The notes under the pieces are model-generated. The model worked only from the letters and a program-made list of their open reading frames with translations, did no database searches and had not been told where the DNA came from. Below, piece after piece: positions 20,913 through 32,804 of a stretch of 64,000 nt of DNA. Position numbers and translations under genes: made by a program. Source of the stretch: a virus. Its lineage: Duplodnaviria; Caudoviricetes. Each line of letters opens with the position of its first letter. Position 1 is the stretch's first letter. The stretch lies in the IMG/VR virus record IMGVR_UViG_3300031993_000059, positions 6,597 through 70,596 of that record. The stretch is one strand, 5' to 3'.

Positions 20913-22145
20913 TTAAGTGCAAACGGTATCTATTTCATTGCTCGTAATAGCCACCAAGTTAGTTGTGTTGTAGTAGTCAGAAAGGTCAACATCTGTTGTG
21001 CCGATTTTTTCATAAGACGAAGATGATGTTAACCAAATATATTCTGTGTATGTATTATTAGATGCAGGATCCGTATTGGCAACAAGATAAATTTTACCCT
21101 TATCACCATTCTGCGGAAGCTCCTAAACAATCTCAAATTCAATTCCTTCAAGATCTCCAATTGCAGAGTTAATTGCCGATGAAACTTCTGAAGCCGTCTA
21201 ATACCCAGCGCCATTTGTAAGCTAGTTATTATTGGTCGGAACTGTAATATTAACCGTCTTACTTGATGGTGTAAGAGCGGTATTATTTACCTTAATTGTT
21301 TCAATTACATTTACCTATGCGCCAGCGGCAACGCCTTCAAGTTTTGTTTCAAGCGCATCTGTAAAATCATTGGTTGACAATCCCTTTCCAGTGACTTTAT
21401 CCACTTTGGTCGTGTCGCTAGGGTGTACATGGTCTTCTTTTGCATATTTTGCGCTTGTTCCAATTGCAGCCGTACCATCCATGAGAGGATTCGCAGTAGC
21501 CGCAGTATATGTCGTATCAGTCCACGGTACGTTTACAGATAAATATCCACTCTTGTCTGGCGTAACGGCATACTACCTTGACTAAGTATTCGATGGTGTA
21601 TCGCTATCATATGTCGCTGCAGTTTCGCTCTTGAGATTCGCTTTAATTGTGCCAGAAGTAGTAACTGGGCCACCAGTAAGACCAGCGCCAGTAGCAACGG
21701 ATGTAACCGTACCAGTACTCGTTGTTGCACCTGGCGAGATTCCATCAAGTTTCTCTTTAAGCGCATCAGTAAAATCGTTAGTGGATAATCCCTTTCCGGC
21801 TACAACATCTACTTTCGACGTATCAGATGGATGAACGTGGTCGGCTCGTGCAAATGTATCTGCTGTACCAACCGCCGCAGTACCATCCATTAATGGAGTG
21901 GCAGCAGTAGCCTATGGTATAGATGGCTTATTTATAATAAACGCATCACCAGAAACGGCATTCCAGTCTGATTGAACATTTGCTTCTGCGCCGGCTTCAA
22001 TATTTGCAAGCTTCGCTTTTTCTTCAGAAGTATAATCATTTGATGAAAGACCTTTACCATCAACTTTATCAACTTTATCTGCAAGGAGTAATTTAATCTT
22101 TGTCCAAACAAGGGCTAGACCAGTTTTGTCCAGATAATTAGCCAT
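20913..22145 (-). CDS. tail/head fibre-associated structural protein; TAG-recoded (~410 aa)
   Basis: KVDKVDGKGLSSNDYT repeats; GA[TAG]VNVIE, PTNNN[TAG]LTNGAGY[TAG]TAS, YEKIGTTDVDLSDY; TAA stop. Confidence 0.8.
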
Positions 22146-22160
22146 GTTTTACCTCCTTCT

Positions 22161-22529
22161 TTATATTAATATTTCCAAAAGATCATCTGCCGAAATCGCA
22201 TCTGGCTAATGATCTCTAATAGCATGTGTGACGGAGCGCTATGTCATTGCTCCATCTGTATTTTCGCCCTCTTCGTCATACAATTTCATAATACCTGGAA
22301 TTTCGCTTGTAGCATCATCGGCGGTGAGACCAGCAAGCCATTCTTCTTCTGTGCCAGTGTAGCCGTTATGTACAGCCACTTCATAGGCTGACCAACCACG
22401 ATAAAATGAACTTGATATAGTACCTGCAGCATTCGCTGCTCGATCTATACTTCCAGATAATTCATCTGGGCGAGATAAAGTACCATCCAAACTTAAATCT
22501 TCAAGAGAAAGTGTTCCAACTAGTTCCAT
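22161..22529 (-). CDS. hypothetical structural protein; TAG-recoded
   Basis: RBS AGGAGG; GWSAYEVAVHNGYTGTEEEWLAGL..NTDGAMT[TAG]RSVT; TAA at 22161. Confidence 0.7.
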
Positions 22530-22544
22530 AGAAACACCTCCTTA

Positions 22545-22886
22545 TTATTCTACTTCTTCTTTTGTGACAAATTTACCAGAAATAAAAGTTGAAACAAATC
22601 CTTCCGGGGATCCATCGTCAATCGTTATCTGTATATCATACACATACGAAGCAGGCTGCTATAATTGCTTTGTGTCAGAAGATTCAAGCCGAAGAATCAT
22701 CGTATCATTTGGAATTTCCTTAAGAATTATGGGGTTATCATCGTCATAAGTCTTTTTGAGTGCAAAACGAACAACGTCATTTTCTCCGGGCGTATAAATC
22801 TCGCCGGAGTCATCATAGATAGTGACGTTGGTAACGAGCGAATCACCCCTAGTCAAGACGATGTTATTTTTACTTATCTTAACCAT
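22545..22886 (-). CDS. BppU N-terminal-like baseplate protein; TAG-recoded
   Basis: IVLTRGDS..VVRFALKK..DTKQL[TAG 22659]QPASYVYDIQIT..TFISGKFVTKEEVE-TAA. Confidence 0.7.
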
Positions 22887-22910
22887 ACGCCCCTCCTTTC
22901 AAAATTTAAA

Positions 22911-22945
22911 AAGACTATAGTGCCTAGCTATCGCATTATAGTCTT
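22911..22945 (-). terminator. hairpin downstream of the GIY-YIG gene
   Basis: AAGACTATAGTG...CATTATAGTCTT inverted repeat with a T-run on the - strand. Confidence 0.55.
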
Positions 22946-22949
22946 AGCA

Positions 22950-23915
22950 TTAATCATCAATTTTATTACATTTCCATGGATTAACATTCTAACCATTTGT
23001 ATCATTTAAATAATACCAGAGATAATTGCCATTACGATGATACCCATCACAAGCGGCGCAAGCATGTAAAATAGATCCTCGTTTATATCCAGAATAATCA
23101 GATGCTTCCTTTTTTGATTCGAACACTTTAATCAAATTACCAGATAAATCATACATACATATTTTCTTCTCTAGTCTCATATTGTGGCGCAATATCAATT
23201 CATCAACGTATTCTTTTGAGTAATCAAAATCAAACATCCAAAAATATCCAAACGCTGAAAGACGTTTCTTATAACAACAAGAACGGATATCCTAAATTAT
23301 TCTTTGTTTGTTACTAATATCATGAAGCGTCTTATATTTTTCTTCGATATTCCCAGAATATGAAACTTTATATACAGGTGGATATTGTTTCTTATTTAAG
23401 CCCCAATGTCCAGGATAAACTGGCATTTTATCTAGATACTTATAGCTCCACTAATAACCGCCAGCCTATTTTATCAATCCTCTTGCTATAGCATGAATAT
23501 CTGAAACAACAATGTTTAATATTTTACTTGCTTCTTGAGCATTAATCCATTTCTTAATAAACGAGCCTTCTAAGTTATACTGATATACGTATTTGCTTAA
23601 ATAATGGTCTTCACCGTGTGTCGTTGCACCACCAGAACCTCCACGAGCAAGATTGTATCCACAAGCTCGATCAGTTGTATTGAACTTTTTTATAAGTTCT
23701 TTTTCACATTCGTATGCAACTTCTCTCTGGATTGAATCAATAATTATGATATGCTCGAAACCATCCCATCCATATTTCTATATTGCTCTATAAAAATATT
23801 TACATTGGCAATAAGATGATGGTCTCCACCTCTTCTCAATATTCTTAGATATGCCTATATACATCTTTCTATTCTTTTTATTTATGTGTGCATAAACACA
23901 ATAATCTGTTTGCAT
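22950..23915 (-). CDS. GIY-YIG homing endonuclease with NUMOD1-like repeats; TAG-recoded (5 TAG)
   Basis: YCVYAH..MYIGISKNIEKRW..FYRAI[TAG]KYGWDGF..EKELIKKF..GYNL; QYNLEGSFIKKW, AGGY[TAG]WSY, MYDLSGNLIKVF; AT-rich. Confidence 0.85.
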
Positions 23916-23922
23916 AATTACC

Positions 23923-24387
23923 TCAAATAAATTTATCGTCTGCTTTACATTTATGATAAACTTCTCGAATTAACATTATAGAATCTGTTGCCTTTGAATT
24001 CTTATAATCTGGATGCGCTAAACAATACTTTTCATAATCATCCACATCCTCAAGAATCTAATTAAACAATTCCTCAGAGTGATCACGGTGTATTCTTAAT
24101 TCGTCTGCAAAAACCAATATCCTATTACGCCGTTGCGATGTTTTATATTTGTCTGACGCTTCACGATCTTTTGCTCTATCAACTTGAATCTACTCAACAT
24201 CTTTTTTAATATCACCAATTTCATCTATAATATCCTAGTTAATTGCTTTGCCAAATTTCCGAGCAATCCATGACCAAGGGTTAATTTGAATTGGTGCTAC
24301 CTATACAAATGTTAAAGAAAATAAAAATATATAAAAAATGTTAGATGAATTCTGATGTAAATACTATAAGATGTCACTTAATTTCAT
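23923..24387 (-). CDS. conserved phage membrane protein (holin-like); TAG-recoded
   Basis: MKLSDIL[TAG]..IFYIFIFSLTFV[TAG]VAPIQINPWSWIARKFGKAIN..RNRILVFADELR..YEKYCLAHPDYKNSKA; TGA stop. Confidence 0.75.
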
Positions 24388-24502
24388 CTTAACTCAACTC
24401 CTTTCAAAGATTGTTACATGAAATACACCAACTCCTTTTTATCCTTAAAAGCCGAACGACAAAGTCTTGGCTTATGAGACCAAAATTTCGCCGTTCAACT
24501 CA

Positions 24503-24892
24503 TCAATCATTAAATAAAAGCCAGCGCAGCCAATCGTCTAAAAAGACCGCCACGCCAGCCAAGAAAAACCACAATATGCAATAGGGAAGGCAGCATTGTC
24601 CCCAGAAAAATTGTCCAGGCATATTACTGTAATCCCATATCTATAATTTTAGCCAAACGTTAAGTATTAAACCAGAGCATCCTTCTAGTAGTGTAATCAA
24701 ACACATACCACGCAGACACTATGGTATTAGCTTCAATTCTGTCTTCTCATTCCATGTACCGATGATAGTAGCTGCTAATCCACCCACAATAGCCATACTA
24801 ATATCGGTATGTCCACGCCATATGAGTTCCATTCCACAATAGATTGCTCCAAAGACAAGGAATAGAATTATGTTTTTAAATATGTTCTTCAT
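24503..24892 (-). CDS. multi-TM membrane protein (putative ABC-permease-like family common in clostridial phages); TAG-recoded
   Basis: ELIWRGHTDISM..GG..LIP[TAG]CLRG..[TAG]EGCSGLILNVWL..WDYSNMP..GQCCLPY..AVFLDDWLRW; TGA stop. Confidence 0.75.
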
Positions 24893-24906
24893 ATATACTA
24901 CTCCAA

Positions 24907-27900
24907 TCATGTGTCATTAGTCATATAGGTAAATGAGTATCTGTTATAACCAACCATTGTAGTACCAGTTTTTAGGAGTGGATTTGTATTATTGCCTACA
25001 ATTAAATCCATGTAACCACACAAATAACCGCCACTAGCGTCTGCTTGTACCGGAATGCTTATATCTTCTATTGGATTCCAAGGCAGCGTGACTATGTTGC
25101 CTCCGGTTCCGGTCAGGTAATGAAAACCATGCACCCACACTATTTTCCCACATTTGTGCGCCCACACGGAGCCTGACGACGCAACCGAATTACTGAAATT
25201 AAGACTACTCCAATCGGTTATTTTAGAATATACATGACCACTTGCGGTTACATTACCACTCCAATCAACTGTGAGAGCATTTGAATAAGTATTGCCGCTA
25301 CCATTTCCAATAATAAACGCAGAATTACTATCAGTTGCATTATTTTTCCCAATTACAAACTGTGTATCTCCAATTGCTCTTGCAAAATTCCCAATAGCCG
25401 TAGAACAATTGCCAGTTGCATTTGCACTTACACCCATGGCAAAAGAATATGTGCCAGCTGCTTTTGAGTTATCGCCTCCAGCGAAAGAATAATGCCCACT
25501 CGCAAGTGTGCCAGTACCAGTAGCTATAGAAGCATTGCCAGCTGCGTGAGTTTCAGAACCCATTGCGGTTGCATAATAGCTCGATGCTTTTGTACCTGCT
25601 CCCATAGCTGTAGACCACATAGCAGATGCAATTGTATCTTTACCCATAGCTGTAGACCACTAGCCAGACGCAGTTGTATTAAACCCAAGAGCTACAGCAC
25701 CCTACTTATTGGACTTAACGCCATATCCAATGGCGACAGAATAACTGCCAGATGATACTGCATTACATCCTATTGCTACTGAATTTACAGTATTGGCGAC
25801 ACATCCAGTACCAAATGAAAATGAGACATTCCCACTAGATTCGGATTGCATACCACCAGAAAAAGAAGTAGGAGCAGAAGCAACACAGCTATTGCCAATA
25901 GCAAATGAATTAAGACCAGTTGCAACACAAGAATCGCCTTGAGCAAATGACATTTCACCTGCAATGACTTGAGAACTATACGCCGATTTACCGAAAACCA
26001 TATATGGAGCAGTAGTAGTTGTTGATGATACAGTATAGTTGTATGTAATACTTTCTTCGAATGTTGAGTATTTTTCAAATCTATCATTTACATATAAATA
26101 ATATGTACCACTAGAACTCTATACAACAAAATCTACTGGGTTTTCAGCCTGTTCAAACATCATTTCATCGCCATTTAAATCAGTAGCGGCACTTAATGTG
26201 CCAAAAACACTTATTACATTATATGATGATTGTAATGTGCCAGATACTCTATAATACTTTATATTATTAACTGTAACACTTGCAGAAGAATTTGTAACTG
26301 TACCACTTCCAGACCTAAGCACCTATGTTTGTCTGCTTCCAACGCCAATAAAGAAATTCTATGTGCCGCCGTTATTAAATTTAAATCCATTGGCATCTAT
26401 TGATACGCCTCTTGAACTCATATCACCAATAGTAGCGGTTGCACCAAATGTAGCAAGTTTAGTTGAATTAGTACCAGTTGTAGCACCCAAACATACATCA
26501 AACGAATCGCTGTCTATTTCAACATGAGCCACACCAGATGCCAATTTACCAAGAATAATTGATGGACCATATGTAGCAACTACGCCACCATTACGAATAA
26601 TTTTTACATCACTAGAAATATGTACACCATTTACCCCAGATGTTGTAGGAGTTACATCAGAACTACTTTTTTCGTGAACAAACACACCATCGCTTGTTAT
26701 ATCTGTAATATAGCTTGTAGCTTTTGTAGCTGCAGTATTAGCGTTTGTGAGAGCAGATACAGCATTTACATTCGCAGTATATGCTTTTGACAATCCGGAA
26801 GTTTCTGCGATTCTCCAATATCGCCCATCAAATACAAATGACGCAGTACTTTCATTAGTCCAACTGCGCCCATTAGATGCTTTTGGCCTATATGACTAAT
26901 CATTGCCAGAATATAAATTTATCTCACCAGTTCCTGAAATATTCAATTTGGGATAGTCTGCCGTGTTTTCATACCTCATTGATAATGACACACTTGTACC
27001 TTTGCAAACAACACAGCCTGTAATTGATGTAACATTATCGGTTTTTACTTGATCGCCTGCAGCGATATCAGAAGCACCATACCAACTTCTCGGTTCTCCA
27101 ACAACAATATATTTACCGCTATTAGCATTTCCGGAATATCTAAATGTGATTATTGCGCCCTATGCCCAAAGTAATTGGTTTGTGTTTGACGTTACGGCAC
27201 TGTCAACCCAAACATCTCTCAAGTCAGTTCCATTAACACTTAAACGTAGTGAAGCAGTATTATTGTTATTTGAATAATAAGTGTTTGACGATGAAAATGT
27301 AACAGCTATTAACGCACCATCATAAAAATCAAAGCCACTACAATCCACAACTTTATCACGAGTGCTTTGATAACTTGCGCTACACGTACCCTATATAGCA
27401 TTTATCTTATTAGATAACGCACTAAAATCTGAAGCGGAAGCTTTCTAATCTAATAAATCATTGAGACCTGTAACATTGTTTGCTCCAACCGACAATGTGC
27501 CAGTAATATTAGCAGCAGGTACTTTTAAAGTTCCGTTATCAATAGTACATCCACCAATTGTTCCAGAATTTGCATAAATCGCACCAGTATTTGTGACTCC
27601 AAAATGAGATCCAATTGTCAAGCGCCATGTTGAAAGAGTAGCACCAGCAATAGCTTTTGATGACATATTTGTGTTACTAATAAACACGCTGTTATCAGCA
27701 CCGTATGTACCAGTAGTCAAAGCATTCGTGCCTAACGTCCAACCACCAATTGTTCCAGAATTAGCATATATAGCACCAGCATTAGTAACACCAAAATGAG
27801 ACCCAACGGTTAATCTCCAATCAGATCCAGCTCTTCCAGCTATTGAAGTAGAAGACCCAAGATTTTTGGTTCCAAGGAACATACTATTGTCAGATCCAAG

Positions 27901-29232
27901 CGTACCGCTAGACAACTATTGTGCGGCAATTGTCCACCCAGATGTTCCGCCAATATATCCAGTACTAGCAGTTATCGCTCCAGTAATATCTGCACCAAGA
28001 GCAGTTATTTTACCGCCAGTTACATTAACATACTATGTTGAACTTGCATAATTTCTAATTCCGTCAGTACCGAGATATATACCAACAGATGTAGATGTTA
28101 ATGAATTTGTGTTATTAAATAATTTATTAGCACCAATAGTCCATCCACCAATTTGACCTTCAGTGCTTACAATCGCACCTTCAAAATAACCCATGCTTGT
28201 ATGAATGCCCCATAGCGGAGAACCACTGGGCAGCGCGGTACCATTGAATGATAACCCAATGAGATTACCAATGGTAACATTTGGTGTAGCCGAAGTGCCA
28301 CCATACACTTTTATCGTTGCAGATTGATTAGCAGAGTCATAGCAGTTAATCAAAATTCCAGTTGGGAAATAATTACTACCATCTTTTCGTTCATAAACCA
28401 TAACTGTAATATCATCAAAATCTGACAATGTAGAAGTGGCTGTAATATTAGCAACGTTTCCGCCAGTTACTTGTACAGATAGCGAACCATTGCTAATATT
28501 TGATATAGTTCCTGACATGGTCTCTGTTGCGATACCTTTAATCTTACCGCTAACCTTTACTCTTGAACCAGACGACCATACAATTCCAGCCATAGTAGAT
28601 GTTGAAATTGATGAATCGGTAATGGTAATTGTTAATGTACTTCCAGATTTTGAACATGACATAGCAGTTGTAGTCGATGTTTCACCATTAAATCTTGTGG
28701 GGAATCTAAGCGTTGGGGCGATTCTCATAATACCATCAACAACATGCTATATTTCAAATTCAAAATCATGCGCCCAAAAAGTATCAGCAACATCAAGTAC
28801 ATTTGTTGTAGTTCTGTTTGTTGTCAATGTTGTTATCGCACCAGTCGTAGCATTAAACTATACGCCTACTGAAAGGTTTTTTGGTATTGATAAAGTACCA
28901 CTTGTAGATTCAATAATTCTGCTAGTATAATCCGAAGTACTATTACCAAAATGAAAATCAATATATGGTGTACTGCCATATATTTCAACTGCACCTTTAA
29001 GCGTAGTAGAACTATTCGCAGTAATAGCACTAGAAAATGTAGCAGCGCCAGTAACTCCCAATGTCCCACCAACTGTAGTATTACCAGTTAATGTACTTGT
29101 GCCACCAACAGATAAATTTCCAGATAATGAGAGAGAAGCAAATGTTGCCGCCCCAGAAATCTATAAATCATTGAAATACGCTTTATTTAAAAAACGAGAA
29201 GGGCCATTACATACAATTGATTTTGCTATCAT
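24907..29232 (-). CDS. tail fibre/adhesin with C-terminal YadA-head (Hep/Hag) repeats; TAG-recoded (~1441 aa)
   Basis: Eight ORF fragments in one frame; STAMGxxTxASG-type repeats at ~25340-26000; FIIGNG..SNALTVDWSGNV; TGA stop. Start codon uncertain. Confidence 0.8.
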
Positions 29233-30712
29233 CTTTACATAATACCTCCCTCCTTAATTTGTAATCCTAAATATATATAAATTTATATCCTTTATAAGAA
29301 TTTGTTTCACCAATTAAACATTTTCTTATACCATTATAATCTAGATTTAAACCAAATTTTTCTCTGCTAATGCGATGAATCTATTTTGCAGATTTACCGT
29401 ACCCAATAAAATCATCATTTTTATATATTTCAAATGGTTTTGATGAAAAAAAACATTTTGTAGGCAAATAATTGCACCACCCATTTTCAGCGCCTTGCTT
29501 CAAATATGTTTTAATACCTTTGCTACCAATATGAAATATATTACATAAGTCTTGTATTGTTACATCATGGTTATTATAATAATCACATACGGTTTTTGAA
29601 ATATTAGACATTGCAAATCTTGAACATTCTTCCCAATCAATTTCTTCACTTGACACGTTTAATATGTTTAATAATTTTGAATTGCAAATGGAATTCTTTA
29701 TCCAATCTAAATCTGATCTCATACAATTAATCACTATGTATTCAAAGACATAATCTTTTGCTAAAATATATTTTTCATAATCATTTTTTTTCTATTTTTC
29801 TTTTGTTGTTTTAAAATTTGGAGAATCTTCATTATAATGTTGCCGTCCATGTGTCTCAATAATTGTTAAATAATCTAAAAGAAAAAAATCATATCTCTTC
29901 CTCTTTGCATCAAAAGGAAGATGTGTGCTTGTAGGCTAAAATATAAAATTCACATTACACTGCTCTAATAAATTAATCATAAACTTTTCTGGATATGAAA
30001 TACCATCTGAACAAACACATTGAAACCCATGCTTTTTTAAATTAATAATTGAAATTTGCTTATCATGAACTCTATTGCATGATGGACATTTTGGATATAT
30101 TTTTTTTGTTGATCCACTATGATACATTTTCGCTTCTTCTAATCCGCCCTAAAAATAATCTACCATCCATGGATCAGTAGTTACAACATCATTTATACCT
30201 GGGACTACCAGCTTATTTGCGCAACATGAGCAACCAATTTTTTTGAAATTATATTGTGATTTGCTATATATACACTTACAATCAAAACACATAACCTAAT
30301 AAAAAACTTTTCCATATTTTGGTATTTTGTTATTTGAATTTTTAAGAGTTTGATAAGAAACTGACAAAATTTTTAATAAACTATTATTGCACTTAATAAT
30401 ATCGCCAACATTATATTTTTGTGATACATGCACCGTTCGATCCTAATTTCCAGTATCATTTACTAATTTTATAATCTAACCATTTATTAAACTATTTGTG
30501 CTATATAACATCTAACGTCCATTACATTCTAATAATAATTTGGAGTTTATAATATCTTTTATAATTATTGCCCCTTTTTTTGACATATAGCTATACGGTA
30601 CTTTTTCGCCAATTGCATTATCCCAATTATATTCTTTAGATATTTTGGGTATATTTGAACAATCAACATTAGCATATTTCGGTGTATTATTTTTATTGAT
30701 TTTTATAGCCAA
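29207..30712 (-). CDS. zinc-ribbon PD-(D/E)XK nuclease (putative homing endonuclease); TAG-recoded
   Basis: CFDC, GCSCC..VPGINDVVTTDPWMVDYF[TAG]GG, CPSC, ISYPEKFM, RYDFFL..IIETHGRQHY; 7 internal TAG plus one at 29267 (end is 29267 if that TAG terminates, 29207 if read through); very AT-rich. Confidence 0.7.
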
Positions 30713-30747
30713 GTCACCAACCCCCTTTCAAAAAGAAAAGAGGCCAA

Positions 30748-31266
30748 TTACTCAGCCTCTTCTTTAACATTAGTCGTAGTATCCATGAAACTTAACATCG
30801 TAAGATCATCAAAACCAATCTTAGAGTCTTCTGGAAGAGCATCAATTAAAGCATCAAAATCTGCCGTAATAATTTCTACTTCATTATCTTCATAAGCAAT
30901 TTCATTAAGCTTGGAATTAATCTCACTTACTTCTTTTCTATAGTCATCCATAAACTCATCTTTGATTCTACGAGCTTGTTCCGTAACTTCATTACCATCT
31001 TCGTCAACTTCCGGTTTCCCATCAGCGCCAATTCTTGGCTGTGCAACTTCCTCGGAATGTTCCTCGTCAAACCATTTGGATTGAAGTTCACGTACTTGCT
31101 CATCTCTGAAATTCTCATAAGACTCTGCAATTGGGCGGAGCTTATCAACATTCTTTTTGAGATTCCATCTAAACTTTAACGGCAGTTCATCAGCCTTCTC
31201 TTTAGGCATTTGATTAATAAAACCTACAATATTAAGTACTTCAATATTCTTAAAAATCTTCTTCAT
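30748..31266 (-). CDS. hypothetical tail-module protein (DUF1617-like)
   Basis: Intact 172-aa acidic ORF with RBS AAGGAG; LPLKFRWNLKKN; no TAG. Confidence 0.7.
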   Translation of the reverse strand: MKKIFKNIEVLNIVGFINQMPKEKADELPLKFRWNLKKNVDKLRPIAESYENFRDEQVRELQSKWFDEEHSEEVAQPRIGADGKPEVDEDGNEVTEQARRIKDEFMDDYRKEVSEINSKLNEIAYEDNEVEIITADFDALIDALPEDSKIGFDDLTMLSFMDTTTNVKEEAE

Positions 31267-31320
31267 AACAATTGTCTCCTTTTAATCATAATAAATTTAA
31301 TTCACAATATTTAATTTTCA

Positions 31321-32193
31321 TTATTCTTCTTCGTTTTCATCCGGTTCTTCTGGGTCAACTTCTTCTTGCGGTGGCATCATTGCTTGCGCCATAGCCTGTG
31401 CGATTTCCATAGATACAGTAACTATCTCGTTATATCTAGCCTGATACTCTTGTGTGAGTTCAGTATTCCAAGTAATAGCTAACACGTCTTCCTTAGTATT
31501 GCAGTCACGGATCATGCAGTTCAACATATTACATTTCGTAGTAAGACGAGTCAGCCGAAGCTGAAGCGTCATGTAGATTGACACCATGCTAGGTGTGTCA
31601 AGCAGTTCACATTCTGCGCCGTTTGCATGATACGGGATATACTCCAAATCAAATCCCATCTGTTTCGCCGCAAATGCAAGTGTGATAGCAGACAGAACAT
31701 TTGCTTGATCGTCTGCATTGTAGGTATATGCTTTAACCGTTCCATCAGAAAGCTCAACGTCTTCACCGGCATAGATTTCAGCACGGCAAATATCACCAAG
31801 TTCCTTAATCTTATATTCTTTAGTTTCAGCTAACGTCATGCCATCAATATCAATCACCGGATTAATCTATTCGTCAATTCTATTAATCTGCTCAATAATA
31901 TCAGTTTTTGTCAGATGAATCCTCATCGCATCAGTAAACTTTTGCTCACCAGGTACATATTCATTCTTCAAGAAAGTAATCTCATCGTAACTATCAATAT
32001 TGGTATACGTTGCAACCAACATCTCATCTTGGAAGATTTCAATCTTAGTGATATCTTCAAAATCATTTTTAACTGCGCTAAGATCATTGCCTTGCACCAG
32101 TAGTGTCAGAAGCGACCCAAATCCCTATGCGTTCCAAGAAGTCAGTCTATAAACTTTATTATCATCATTGTTTAACCTAACTGTTAAAATCAT
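31321..32193 (-). CDS. DUF4376-like tail assembly protein; TAG-recoded (2 TAG)
   Basis: ORFs 31867 and 31321 join in frame through TAG at 32125 and 31867; YTYNADDQANV..PYHANGAECEL..LTTKCNMLN. Confidence 0.72.
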
Positions 32194-32231
32194 ATCTTTT
32201 CTCCCTCAAACTTGTTTGTAAAGTAGTTAAC

Positions 32232-32795
32232 TTAGAACTCTATAAATTCAGCTGTTTCAATGTATTCGTCATATATCTTCATCATGTCTCCAATTTCAAT
32301 AAACCCATGCGACAATCCGACATAACCATAATCAGCAGCGTTCTGGCACCAAGGCGTTACAAGTTCGCCCTTTTCAAGTTTTATCCAATCAACATTCGCT
32401 GTGCCAGCCAATGATCCGTTGCCGCCAGTTGTATTGCTAGAAGAATAAACACGAACATATCCATGACCATCGCCAGCGGTGCTTGCCGCATGTGTAGCAG
32501 TAGCAGTAAACGTACCGGAATACATACCAGTGTTGTTCCTTAATAACCATCCGACAAGTTTATAAGAACCACCAGATAGATAAAAAGCAACAGATGCTCT
32601 TTCCTCAGACATATTTACTTTTGCAGATATTGTATATTTGTCACCTTCAATAAGACTTTCCGATAAATTATATTGAACAACATTATAAGCCGTGCTACTT
32701 TGCCCAAAATTTTTCATACTATCAATACATAAATTTTCATTTATATTATTACCATTAGCAGTTATAACACCAGTTTTGTGGAAACTTGCGCTCAT
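32232..32795 (-). CDS. carbohydrate-binding-like tail accessory protein
   Basis: RBS GAGGTGA; NVDWIKLEKGELVTPW module shared with the LamG paralogues; no TAG; TAA stop. Confidence 0.7.
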   Translation of the reverse strand: MSASFHKTGVITANGNNINENLCIDSMKNFGQSSTAYNVVQYNLSESLIEGDKYTISAKVNMSEERASVAFYLSGGSYKLVGWLLRNNTGMYSGTFTATATHAASTAGDGHGYVRVYSSSNTTGGNGSLAGTANVDWIKLEKGELVTPWCQNAADYGYVGLSHGFIEIGDMMKIYDEYIETAEFIEF

Positions 32796-32804
32796 ATTAT
32801 CACC

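Noticed and set aside
14854-29232. Diversity-generating retroelement or invertase shufflon acting on the tail fibres
   Set aside because: No reverse transcriptase or serine invertase in the window; duplicated segments are in-frame direct copies differing at all bases, not adenine-specific TR/VR pairs or inverted cassettes.
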